DNA of 54,162 nucleotides, filler included, from Catajapyx aquilonaris (lineage: Eukaryota): NCBI GenBank assembly GCA_000934665.2. It is 2 parts of 2 records of this genome, joined end to end, with 100 filler letters (N's around TTAATTAATTAA, not from the genome) between each part and the next. Parts side by side here need not be neighbours in the genome. Positions count along the whole stretch, not along the records: positions 1 to 27,062 come from JYFJ02005125.1; positions 27,163 to 54,162 come from JYFJ02005126.1. One strand, 5' to 3'. Positions 22,758 to 34,071 of this stretch are shown here, piece after piece (the stretch's first letter is position 1; every line of letters starts with the position of its first letter). The notes beneath the pieces are model-generated. The model saw only the letters and a program-made list of their open reading frames with translations, made no database searches and was not told the origin of the DNA. The position numbers were made by a program, and so were the translations under genes.

Positions 22758-23037
22758 GGGCGACACGGTGCCCAAGGCTTCCACCTCTAAGGTCCCGAGT
22801 TCAATCCCCGGGTCGGACAGAGGATATTTATGTGAATAGAGTTTCGATGGGTTCTCTCCGTGTTTGCGTAGGTTTTCTCGGGGTTCTCCCATTTCCTCCC
22901 GCAATCAAAATCCATCACAGGGTAGGCAATGATTAAAGACGGTTATTCAAAAAATGATCCCCTATCAACCCAAGGAGGCCTATCACAGGGAATCCATTAT
23001 TATTGTTGCTGTTGTTGTTGTTGTTGTTGTTGTTGTT
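22758..23037 (+). mobile_element. V-domain-like SINE, copy 2 with (TTG)n tail
   Basis: Homologous to 17206; TSD ATATTGC(C/G)ACTTTCA at 22742-22756 and 23038-23052. Confidence 0.92.
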
Positions 23038-23300
23038 ATATTGCGACTTTCATCACCAAAAACCGGTTGGCTTTAGCAACTGGTTTGCATGCTGCTTGGT
23101 TCCCTTTCGTCAACATGCTTGTTGTTTTAGTCATCCAAAACATTATATCCATCCAGGTTATTGGCATTTTCCAGATATTTGTTTGATATGAAAATGCAGA
23201 AAAATCATGAAAAATGCAGCAAAATGCACGATTATTACAACTGGCAAATTACCAAACAGATTCTTTGGGAATCAGTTGATATAATTACACATAAAATAGT

Positions 23301-23564
23301 ATATCGCACCCCGGCAATAACAGGGGCACAAGTCCAAAAAGTCAATTTCGCAGGAGAGCACTTTGAAAGTTGTATAGTGTTGGTATAGGGTTATCATAAA
23401 TCAGGTATTGATGCAGCATTCGAATAATCAGAATTTTTAATTTTTAATTTTTAAAAATCAGAATATGCATTCTGAATGTGCACACGGTCATGGACCCTGC
23501 TCTAGTAATAAGTCAAAATCGTCATTGTTGGACTTGTGCCCCTGTTATTGCCGGGATGCGATAT
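23301..23564. mobile_element. MITE with ~37-bp TIRs
   Basis: ATATCGCACCCCGGCAATAACAGGGGCACAAGTCCAA vs TTGGACTTGTGCCCCTGTTATTGCCGGGATGCGATAT. Confidence 0.8.
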
Positions 23565-24773
23565 ATTCAAGGTATAAAATACCAGAAAAACTCATGCATG
23601 GGATAATTATAGTACAACTAGTAATTACTAGAGTCCGGATTTTTAGGCAAATGCCTATTTAGTGCCTTAACAGTTGGGATGGTTTTGTGACGAGATCTAT
23701 ACATTTCATAAGTGCAGGATGTTGAAAATGTACATTTTATAGTGCTTAAAATTGCCTATTTCGTGGTTTTGGGAACTATTTTGCCTATTCTGGCTTTTCG
23801 CGCCTTTTCATTTCTATTTGGCCTTTTCTAGGATAGTTTTTGAACTTTTTGAAGCAATTTCACGACTTTTAGGGGCTATTCCGGACATATTTCTTCTGAG
23901 TCATGTTTTTTTTTTTTTGCGGAGCATTTTTGTGCTCCTGAATGGACCCAAATCGTTCAGTAGTAATATAACAAATCATGTATGCCAAATAATTTTCTTA
24001 ATTTTCCTCGGATTGAAACCATCAGAGGAAAATTTAGAAAAACATTTGGCAACATATTGTGCAAGTGGACACTGGCTATAAGCAGTCAAGTCCAAAGCAA
24101 GTGATACTTGCTTGCACTTTGTAGGCTATCTTTTGCCTAAGTTTTGTGATTCACTGTCAGTTTATCATTGTTATTTGGTTTTTGCTCTGGTTTGTGACCT
24201 TATATTATACTTTAGACCTATAAAATTAATGTAGCTTTTTTATTATCTGTAACATTATCCTCCATACACCCGCAAAAGTAAAATTTTTGTGCCTATTTCA
24301 GGTGACATCACAAACCTTTGACGGCGCAGTACGCATTAACTATGCAACGGATCCAAAAACTAATTGCACATCCCTATATTAGTTTTACGAGTACTATCAG
24401 TCTACCTGGCGATTGTCCGCGAGTTTCCCTTCGCCCTGTATTACCTTCCATAATAATTGACCTTCATTGTGGTATATAATTTTGTACTCACATTGTAACC
24501 ATTATGGATGTGAGAAGTGCACTAGCACAAATATCATGATATGCAGTGTTGCACTGGTTAGGTTTAAAATACATATAAATAGCTCATACACTACCGGTAA
24601 TTCCCCCCCCNCCCCCCCCCAAACTGTAGCTACCATCAGTGTTGGTATTACAAGTACTTTGTCATCAACCGTTACAAGCCTATATGACAAGGTCATCAAT
24701 AAATCCTACATTAGTTTGAGTCTTAATGCATGTTAAATACAATGCAAAGCAAAATTAGTAGTCCACTGCAGTA

Positions 24774-25105
24774 CAGTAGAGCATTGATTATCCAAATACC
24801 GATCAACCTAAACATCGATTAACCGAAAGCGTTCGGGCAAATTCAAATTTGCGCGCCATGTTGTTCCGCTAGCGGCCGCTATCACTGTGGTGATGCAGTG
24901 CTTTCCCTGTCCCTGACAGCCGGCCTATGTGACCAACCTCGCAGCGTCAGTGGCGTGTGAGGCTTCGCTTGTGACAGATCGTGCTGTTTCTTTGTTTCAT
25001 ATTGCTCCTATGACACCGGTACAATTTTTTCCGTAAATGATCGGTTATCCGAAAAATCAGTTATCCGAATATCCCCAATTGTTTCGGATAATCGATGCTC
25101 TACTC
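24774..25105. mobile_element. pogo/Tigger-type MITE
   Basis: TA|CAGTAGAGCATTGATTATCC...GGATAATCGATGCTCTACTC|TA; internal TTATCCGAA-like repeats. Confidence 0.82.
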
Positions 25106-25583
25106 TATACCAGGACTAACTTATGTGCAACCTATGTAGTTATTAACTGTTTCTGACAGGTATAATAATAAATGATACTATGCTATAAAGGAAGGGTTCA
25201 GTGATTTTGCATGTTGCGTTTCAAAGACCAAGGAAGACTCCCTGATTCCAAAAATGTGGTCAGTTTTCGAATCTGATGTTGCGTACGTGAATGCCCTTAG
25301 TTGAAAGTCGTAACCCTTTACGGTATTTTCGCGCCACTAGCGCCGCCTGTGGAGCTCCCAGTAACTTGGGAAGGCGAGATGCCTCAAGATGCCCAATGGA
25401 ATTGCCTTAGCCGTGGAGCCAATTTTTGAATTAGGAAAGAGCTGGATATTGAACTAGAAAAGGAGAGGAAAGGTGGGAGAGGATATCGATAGTAGTGCTA
25501 GTGTTCTCCAGGTAAGTGGCAGACAAGTGTGGCTGCGTTTTGCACTTGTCCCATGTCTATTCTCGGGTAGTGGTTCAAGCACA

Positions 25584-25829
25584 ATGCTCAAAGCCAGGAA
25601 GCAACCTGTGTGGCGATGCTGTGTGGTGTGTGGGCGAAAGGACAAGGATGACAAGGTGGATGTGACGTTCGTCTCCTTCCCCCGTGCCAAGGAAGACTTG
25701 ATGCAACAGTGGAGGAGTGCCTTGGACTTGCCATCAGGTTATGTGCTCAAGGTTATGGATAGGGTCTGCAGCAATCACTTTGCTCGTGAGGATATGTTCC
25801 CCTTCATGGAAGACCACTTCACTCCCTAG
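25584..25829 (+). CDS. THAP zinc-finger mini-ORF (81 aa), N-terminus of a truncated transposase
   Basis: C-V-V-C...FVSFP...QQW...VCSNHF THAP (C2CH) signature; possible upstream 59-nt intron GTAAGT...TAG (25512-25570). Expression unknown. Confidence 0.75.
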   Translation: MLKARKQPVWRCCVVCGRKDKDDKVDVTFVSFPRAKEDLMQQWRSALDLPSGYVLKVMDRVCSNHFAREDMFPFMEDHFTP

Positions 25830-26036
25830 CTCTTCCAGCTCTTCCTCCAACTCCCCCTTCTCATCTGAGCCAACGTCACAGGCAGCCAATATGTCGGCAA
25901 GGTATTCCGCGTCTCCCTCTGGATTATATTCCACGACAGTACCGTCTTGGTAGGGCTCGAATTGGTACGGAAGTATCCCGTAGGTATCACTTGGCCACGT
26001 GGTCTGGTCGCTCGTGCCTCTCTCTCCCCCTCTCAC
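25830..26036 (-). pseudogene. KolX-like N-terminal remnant (YGILPYQFEPY + acidic tract)
   Basis: PYxFEP followed by an acidic stretch resembles the start of KolX / P2X7-ballast-like proteins (from recall); no in-frame ATG. Confidence 0.55.
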
Positions 26037-26857
26037 CTTCCATCTGCCCTCCCCACCTCATCCCTGCCTGCCTTCCCATAGCCCTTGGCACCTGTGGCAG
26101 GTCCCATTCAAGTCGAAAACCCAACCACCTGACTTGCATAAGGCTTGTCTCTAGAGGACGTCATCTTTATGCTGTCATCTTGTCTTCGACGCTTCCCTAC
26201 TCACCACTACATGGAACGTGTGTTCGGCGCTGATTTTTAAAAAATTTGACTTTGACTTGAAATTTTATGCTTATGGTACATTTGCCAACAAAACGAACAT
26301 GATATTTGAAATCAGGGAGTCTTGCTTGATTTTTGGAGCCGAACATGCAAAATCACTGAAGCCTTCCTTTAAAACATTCCATTGCACTAAGTCAGACCTG
26401 TACACACTCCAAAGTCGGACCCACACTTATCACAGAATATTATTACATAGGATGATAGTCTTCGTTAATATTTAGGCGATAAATGATGGCAGAAGTAGAA
26501 AAAATATATATCCTTGTCCCATTGACAATTTTTCTATTTACAATCTGACTCATCATCAGAACATCAAATCAACATTGTGAAATTTATCTTTTTACACTAA
26601 ATTTCTAACGTTTTTAAACGTTCCCAATTATAGTTGTTTTAATAAATCACTCCATTGCATAACCTAAGCTTGTTTTCATTTTTCCCTGAGTAATTACTTA
26701 TATTTGGGGCCCCAAATTAGGGAGAAAAGGGGGGGGGGGGGGGGGGGTAAANTGGACTTTTGAAGTATAATTTTTGACACTTTTTACTAGATTAAAATAC
26801 AGGCCTACTCTTTATGTAGATTTTTAAATACAAGGGTTATGATATAGCTAGTACTTA

Positions 26858-27062
26858 CAAGGGAAGTGTCTGTAGGGCCATCGGCCAATCGGCCCGAAAA
26901 TGACACTAGGGGTAAATCGCAGGCCAGAAATTCATTGGTGAAAGTAAAAAGTCGCATTAGCCAATCGTTTTCGAGATATGGGCGACTATAGGTGCCCGGC
27001 AAACCTGCTCGGTGACAATGGGGCGCATTCGGCAGAAGAAATTATAAACAGTCTTCGTGGCT
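26858..27062. mobile_element. Left end of a further CAAGGGAA-terminated element, running into an N-gap
   Basis: gtacTTA|CAAGGGAAG, the same target context as 17885 and 33048; internal TTTCGAGATATG motif shared with them. Confidence 0.5.
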
Positions 27063-27162
27063 NNNNNNNNNNNNNNNNNNNNNNNNNNNNNNNNNNNNNN
27101 NNNNNNTTAATTAATTAANNNNNNNNNNNNNNNNNNNNNNNNNNNNNNNNNNNNNNNNNNNN
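27063..27162. other. Two 44-N masked runs flanking TTAATTAATTAA
   Basis: N runs at 27063-27106 and 27119-27162. Confidence 0.95.
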
Positions 27163-27997
27163 CTAACAATAAAATAATATGAGACAGCAAAATAATAGTG
27201 AATTTGTGCTTTACCGTGTACGCTTGGGAATAATTTCCAATAACAATATCCAGGTACTTACTAAGAGACTCGTGAATATCACGTGGACTGATCCTACTGG
27301 CTGATTCGATCAACTTACGAGGCAATTATCCAGCCTGCCAGAAGATGCAATATTTTTTGTTTGCTGCCAACCAACCACATTGTGCAAAGCCTTACATAAA
27401 GCCATACTTGAAGCTATAAACTCTCCTGAGATCATCCTGGAAGCTGAGGACTCGTTGGACTGTCCCAGATCTATGCTCCAGTCAATAAGCTATACTCAAA
27501 AAGTACGAAGAGGATTGTTCTACTCTAATACGGCTGGTTTGGAAAAAAAAAACATTGCTATATTAAACTTGACACAAAGATTATATGTTAAGAAGAAACA
27601 TTGATGTTACTCTTCGGTGCAGTGGGTACGGTACTGAGTGTTATGTACAACCCAGACACTCAAAAAAAAGTAAAATCCATAAAAATTCAACTTTCTTTCG
27701 GATTGGAATACGATTTAGGGCCTGTGAAGAGCAAATTTGAAGTTACCACAAAAGCATTCGTTTAAGCTTATAGAAAACAGTTCCCTAATAACGATAGCTT
27801 ACACGGCATCACAATTCACAAGAGTCACGGCTCGAGCTTAGACACTGCCCTAATCGACATCGGCTCATCACTTTTCTGTTGCGCCCAAACCTACGTAGCC
27901 TTGGCTCGTGACTCGTGTCACAACAATTGACGGAATCCATAAAATCAACGTTGATCATACCCAGGTAAAAGCTAACACAATAGAAACTCCTTATACT

Positions 27998-28330
27998 GGG
28001 GGAGGTGTGGTGGCCGTGATGGTAACGTCACGGCTTGCTGAGTGAAAGGCCCCAGGTTCGATCCCCGCCTGGGGAACCTTCCTTTCACCTACGTCAGGAG
28101 GGTCTCTGACCTGCACCAAGGAGGTGTCTGGCAACCTAACCTCCCGGGGAACAGCACATGACCCATGTTGTAGACAATGCACATGCACCCCATGTTCCCT
28201 CCCCAAAAATCCCTACCCCTACCCTACATCCTTGACTCCTTGCACCGGTGACTGAAGAAAAAATGACAGAGAAAACTGATTGTGGTGTGCCACCCCCCAA
28301 ATAGGCCATTGATGCCTGGCACTGGGTAAA
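27998..28330 (+). mobile_element. tRNA-derived SINE, family D copy 1
   Basis: A box TGGCCGTGATGG, B box GGTTCGATCCC; homologous to 51840-52212. Confidence 0.88.
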
Positions 28331-28639
28331 TTTTTTTTTTTTTTAAAAAAAAACTCTGGAACACAACAGACTAGGACATAATATTAGACAAATCACAAAG
28401 TAGCCCTCCTAATGTCACGGAAACAAGGTAGATGTGTATGATGGGAGAGTTGTTGGTTTGGGGTGATGGAATAAGGTTGGGAAGAGCATGGCATGGGCGG
28501 CCCTCTTACAAACATGTTATGTGTGTCCTCTGACACTTTGAAAATAAAAACCTATCAATTCCACACTTATAACGTATTTTCCTGTGTACCGGAGAAAATA
28601 TCACTCCTTATTGACTGCAACTGCACAAGAAGTCTTGAG

Positions 28640-29380
28640 ATCTAACCAAAAACGGACTCGTAAAAAAACCGCCAAGTCCGTAGCCACTCCGCCTAAAAAA
28701 GTCGTGAGATCATGGGTGGACACCAAGCCTCTTTGTGAGACTATAGATTAAGTCAAGTTACTTGGCTCACGATTGGAGACTATAGACTTACAACTCGTAG
28801 ACTTGGCGCATGGTTCGAGACTATAGACTAAGGTTGAGCCACTTGGTTCACCGGGTATGAAGAGCAATAGGCGGCTTAATGATAAAATTTAGTAGTTTCT
28901 GATCAACCAATGACTGTTACACGCCTTCCATTTTCTGCTGTAATATCCAGACTGCAATTCCTTAATTACCGTATACTCATGTAGTAACCAATTCCCCCTT
29001 CAAACCATACAGGGTGTTTCTCAACTCGCGTCCAAAACTTCTAGGGTGAACTCCTGAGCACCAGTGAATCGCTTCACCTGCTCTATGTAGTGATCCACTG
29101 GTGCACACGAGTTCAACCTCAAAGTTTTGGACACGAGTTGTGAAACCCCTTGTACCGGTATAATTCCCCGTGAGCCAAGTGGCTCACCTTAGTCTATAGT
29201 CTCGAACCATGCGCCAAGTCTACGAGTTGTAAGTCTATAGTCTCCAATCGTGAGCCAAGTAACTTGACTTAATCTATAGTCTCACAAAGAGGCTTGGTGT
29301 CCACCCATGATCTCACGACTTTTTTAGGCGGAGTGGCTACGGACTTGGCGGTTTTTTTACGAGTCCGTTTTTGGTTAGAT
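28640..29380. mobile_element. Foldback element with near-perfect ~210-bp TIRs
   Basis: Arm 28640-28851 vs arm 29170-29380: I saw only one mismatch and one 1-nt indel; three GAGACTATAGA subrepeats per arm. Confidence 0.88.
29010..29152. mobile_element. 143-bp Tc1-type hairpin MITE in the spacer of 28640-29380
   Basis: TA|CAGGGTGTTTCTCAACTCGCGTCCAAAACTT...AAGTTTTGGACACGAGTTGTGAAACCCCTTG|TA. Confidence 0.85.
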
Positions 29381-29415
29381 AACAACTAGTCTGAGCACTA
29401 CATAGTTATGGACAA

Positions 29416-29697
29416 AGCCGGCCTTGGTGGTCTGGTGGTTAGCGCGCTCGCCTCTGGAACCAAAGTTGTGGGTTCGAACCTGGCCGAGGTCGGTGACTTT
29501 TCTCCGGGTGGTAGGAAGGTGAGAGTGCGCCTTCCTTCGGAGGGGAAGTAAAGCCGTCGGTCCCGTGTGCTTGTGACATTGCGCGAGTGTACGTTAAAGA
29601 TCCCCAGAGTGGCCAAATTTCCAGGAGGAGGACCACCCCCTGGCGTCGGTGTTGAGCCTTAGCGGCAGAAATAGGCCGACGTTAAGTCCCACTGAAC
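29416..29697 (+). mobile_element. tRNA-derived SINE with Meta-domain-like core (Talua/Ruka-like)
   Basis: A/B boxes; CCTTCCTTCGGAGGGGAAGTAAAGCCGTCGGTCCC and ACGTTAAAGATCCC; exact 12-bp TSD AGTTATGGACAA. Confidence 0.9.
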
Positions 29698-30599
29698 AGT
29701 TATGGACAACAATAGACAATTTCCTAATTAGGAATGACGAAAATTGAATTAGGAAAATCGTTGAGAGTTTTGTGCTATTTGTTGTTACATGGCAATCTGA
29801 TATGTCCCTCCCTATATAGTGAGACAGAGAGGTAAAATAAATGATTGATTGACGATAGCGCAAAACGTATTTTACCCTTTTATGTTGATCAGAATATATT
29901 ATTTATCTCTGATGAAGCCCCCAGTAAAATTGAACACATTGAAGAGATCTGAATTCAAATACTAAGTAACAGCAGCAGTGTAACAATGCCCGTCTAAGGC
30001 AGAACAATCCCAAAATAAGTTGCCAAATCGACATCAGAAAAATAGACGTAACATAGTCCTAAGAAGTCATTGTAACCATTAGAATGAGCCGGATCCTGCA
30101 AAAAAAGCAAAGCCATTGTTGCCACATGTCGCCGAATTGCTGTTCCCTTCCCTCCTCCCCCTCTCCCTCCCGCCTTTTCTCTCGGATGGCTGTTCACGAG
30201 AGAAAAGCAGGCTGTAGGATGTAGTCGGAAAAGGTTGGGATCTGTGCCAAAACGAGCGTCCAAACAGGACGGCCAAGTACATAAGGAAAGGAGGGGCGTG
30301 GAGGGGGGGGGGGGTAAAGATTTTGGCCAGGGGTGAAATGNAAATGAGCCGTGTAGGGGGCCCCCAAAGTGTCCGTTTATCCAGGGAACGGGCCCGGACA
30401 GCCACTTGAATTATGCATTCCCTCTTTCTAGAGCTCCAGGGGAGGGAAGGCTTTCGATTACGCAATTCAAATGGCATTTGGGTTTTGACGTGTGAAAGGC
30501 CTACCACCACCAGGCCTCCAACCCTCCCCACATTCTACTCCCACACTTTGGGGGGAGGGAGCGGGACAAAAATCCCCCGATCACTTCAACTCCATCCGA

Positions 30600-32340
30600 G
30601 TGTGTTTTTATTTTTCCGGGGACTTGGTCGCAGATTTAGGCCTGCTCTTGACAAAGGCAGTGATGAATAGGAGGATACATGCGGTGCTTTGCTGGAGTTT
30701 TTATACTGGGCCAAAAAACAGAGCTGGATCAATGCGTATACTGGGGCTTCCTTCTTTTCCGGAGTGGGTGTGGGAGGACTTGTGTGTAATTATTTCTCTT
30801 TTAGAGTAGATCTTTGGTTTCTTCTGTGGTACGGTTTTCCTAGGGAAAATATCAGCTGATGTATATGGAGAAAGCCGGAAGTTTGCGTAACGTAGTCTTG
30901 AGGTTTTAGTGCGAGTTGCAAAACAAGATGCAAAATGAAGAGAAAAACCTTCGCTTCGCTGGCTTTTTCTATAGGCCTTTGGCCTGGAGTGGTGGAGACC
31001 GTATTGTTAATAGCTTTGGACTTAGCCAGTGATGCCCATGGATCCAACAACCATCAGCAAACTCCCCTTCACCCCCCCCCCCATTCCCGTTCCTCCGTTA
31101 AGGGCGCTCAATTGTAAAAATGCGGTACCGGTGATGGCTCTGCAGCTAGCTGGCGAACTGAGTCTACTGAATGTTGTACAACAACAGAAGGAAGTTGTTG
31201 CCCTGTCCCGTTCCCATGACTCCTTCCCCCATCTATAGTCGAAGGACATATAGAATGCACTTCTGGAACCTCCCACTTTTCAAGTTTCCATGGAAATGAC
31301 CTCAACGATGTGAGTAAACAGTATCAACAAAAGGACATAGTTTACCCGTGTTGTTGTGTGAGGGGGCCAATCGGAAGCGTCGCGGTAACAATATGAGGCA
31401 GACCAATCAGAAGGCTTAACCAAACATTCCCATTACGATTTTACGTAATATTATAGATGGTAAGATTGGGCCTTGGATTTCATTACCTTCCCTTTTCATC
31501 ACAGATCTGCTCTGGTACGCAAGCATGCGAGGAAAAATCTCTGCAAGGATATAGGTAGAATTTTTAGTTTGCGCAAAAAAAGGCTTCGTTTCACCCAAGT
31601 CTTTCACAAGATAGAAGGTAACACAAACGTGAGGACTTTGTAGGACGGAATAAATTCCGCAGCACAAAGGAGCAGGACCGCAATGGCAATAAATGAGCAT
31701 TTGCCGAGGTTGGAATGAGATTAAAATCTGGGCCTTGAGCCCGGTCTTTCCCCGGAAGGCAAAACACAGTCTTGTTGGGTAGGGAATTGTGGAAAAGGAA
31801 CGGAGGGAAATTCCTCTAACCCCACACCCCCCTCCCCTTCCTTCCTCCCTCCATACCCATACCCCTTACCCCCTCCCACTCCTTCTTGCCAAAATCTGCC
31901 AGGAGTTAGGAGAGCCCAAAATTTTGGGGGACCAAAGTTCCATTAGAATAATTGAATTAGTGTACGGCATTGAGTTGGAAGCGAGGGAGGAGTTAAAAGT
32001 AACATCAAAGTAACGCGAGGAAATTGGGTTTAGAGAGACAGCACTCACTGTGATGGCAGAAGGAAGAGGAGAAGGAACCATTTTGGGGACCGACATCTTG
32101 GGGCTCTATTGTACCGGGAAAAAGCTGACCCTCAACCCCTTTTGCTACTTACTCGTTCGTAGGCGAGCTGCGGTGCTAGCTCCGGTTGTTGGTAATACAC
32201 CTAGAAATATGGAAAAGTTTGTTGAGTTGAAGACTACATATAATAAGGAAATCTGCGACTTTAACATGGGAAACATTTGCAAAAGGTTAGGCAATATAAT
32301 TATTCAAAAAATCGTGCATGTTTTATATTGTCCTAAGAGA
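30600..32340 (-). mobile_element. Possible highly decayed LINE ORF2 3' region
   Basis: Scattered minus-strand fragments (FLGV; FNSSLAS...MELWS; LKPQDYVTQ) loosely resemble RT thumb and downstream regions; many stops and frameshifts; boundaries approximate. Confidence 0.3.
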
Positions 32341-32497
32341 TGCCATTAAGGCCAGTATATCACTTATGACTGCTGGCACTGCATTTTTGTATTAATAATA
32401 ATTTGATACCCCATTATCAGCCTGCCGGGCTTTTCTAGGGGGTGATTTCTCCCAATTTTTTGTCTGGAACTCTTCCATTTTTACTACTTTTTCTCAT

Positions 32498-32692
32498 CGG
32501 AATGAAGCAGGGATAGGGAGGAAAGGAAGCGGCTGTGGCCTATGATTACGGTAACGACCCCGGAATTATCCTGCAAGGACCATGGTAAACCACAGAAAAC
32601 CATGGTCAGGGTCGCCGGCCTCCGGGATTCGAACCCAGGACCTCCCGATTAGCAGTCGGACACCCTATCCACTCCACCACTACTGCTTCGGT
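32498..32692 (-). mobile_element. tRNA-derived SINE, Lm1/Inv-domain-like
   Basis: Plus-strand GGAAGCGGCTGTGGCCT...CCCGGAATT...AACCACAGAAAACC...CAGG...GGATTCGAACCCAGGACCTCCCG (reversed B box), as in Lm1-type insect SINEs. Confidence 0.78.
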
Positions 32693-33016
32693 TACATTTT
32701 TTTGTATTAATATTGGTGCAAGATATTTTACCTCTATACACATGCGTCTGCGCTATGTAGTGTTTTAGTTAGTGCACATCCTCCGTCGAAAACGAGAAGC
32801 TATTAACACGCATTATCATAATTCTGCAAGACAATGTCGCATTTACTTGAAATAATTTGCCATACTATGGTAGGATATGCTGATTCCCATCGCATTATGA
32901 TAATAACGCATGGGTTCATTGGTCCTAAGGAAAGAATGCTGTCTCTAACTTGAAAGGGGCAAATTTTCACATTAATTAAATATTTGATTTAAAGTTACAT
33001 GTTTAACTTACACTTA

Positions 33017-33854
33017 GGGCCAGTTGCACCGGCCTCAGTAGAACTTACAAGGGAACGGTCAGGGTCGACCACCTCCGATTTGGTTAAAACTGGCTTGAGA
33101 GGTCATTCATGTGCGATAGACACAGTGGTGAAAGTGTTAGCTCGCACTGTCCAGTCGTTTCCGAGATATGAGCGACAGAAACATCCGAATTTTGGCCACT
33201 CGCATTTGCCGGGAGCCGCTCTGCCAGCTCCAAATCCCTTCTACCTTGATTCCCCCCACTTTTTTCGATCCCACACCACCATCCCCCACTCCCCCACCAA
33301 CATTTTCGTTTTCCATAGTTTCTTTCCTCCGGTATTTATTATGAGTTTTCCCCATTACCCAATTTTAGGTATATAAGCTCTTTATTCGCATTTGACAGAA
33401 GCGAAAGAAAGCAGCTTGATGGTCTCATAATAAATACCGGAGCAAAGAAACTATGAAAAACGAAAATGTTGGTGGGGGAGTGCGGGATGGTGGTGTGGGA
33501 TCGAAAAAAGTGGGTAAAGGGGGCGGGGGGAATCAAGGTAGAAGGGATTTGGAGCTGGCAGAGCGGCTCCCGGCAAATGCGCGCGGCCAAAATTCGGATG
33601 TTACTGTCGCTCATATCTCGGAAACGGCTGGACAGTGCGGCCTAACACTTTCACCACTGTGTCTATCGCACATGAATGACCCCTCAAGCCAGTTTCAACC
33701 AAATCGGAGGTGGTCGACCCTGACCGTTCCCTTGTTAGAACCTCGGGTATAACAAGAATTGCCATAGCAATCATTGTTGGTCAACAATGATTGCTATGGC
33801 AATTCTTGTTATACCCGATGTTCTAAGTTATACTGAGGCCGGTGGAACTGGCCC
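33017..33854. mobile_element. PIF/Harbinger (Tourist-like) 148-bp palindromic MITE interrupted by 33048-33734
   Basis: TTA|GGGCCAGTTGCACCGGCCTCAGTA...TACTGAGGCCGGTGGAACTGGCCC|TTA; removing the insert plus one TTA restores a near-perfect palindrome. Confidence 0.92.
33048..33734. mobile_element. Same CAAGGG family, copy 2 (nested)
   Basis: acTTA|CAAGGGAACGGTCAGGG...CCCTGACCGTTCCCTTG|TTAg. Confidence 0.92.
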
Positions 33855-34071
33855 TTAGCCGTATAATGTATGTACCCCGATATCATTCCTATTAATTTTA
33901 TTTATCACACCATAAGGTTGTGGAGAAAATTTGGGAGGAAAAAATATGCGAGTGTAAGTACAGTCAAATTTTCGATAAATGCAGATTTGACTTATGCGTA
34001 CCTTGCGTGGGTTTTGGAGGAAAAATATGATGCTGTTTTTTGACATACACTCACTCATATAAACATCAATG

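Larger units (their letters stand above)
25189..26368. mobile_element. Internally deleted Kolobok-like DNA transposon
   Basis: ATAA|AGGAAGGGTTCAGTGATTTTGCATGTT...AACATGCAAAATCACTGAAGCCTTCCT|TTAA; subterminal AAGACTCCCTGATT inverted pair; THAP ORF on + and PYQFEP stub on -. Confidence 0.82.

Noticed and set aside
27998..28075. Functional tRNA gene (also 1280, 17206, 29416)
   Set aside because: tRNA-like heads continue into SINE bodies with tails or TSDs and lack a proper acceptor stem and T-run terminator.
28737..28830. CRISPR-like repeat-spacer pattern (GAGACTATAGA every ~40 bp)
   Set aside because: Only three short units, inside a TIR, in eukaryotic DNA with no cas genes.
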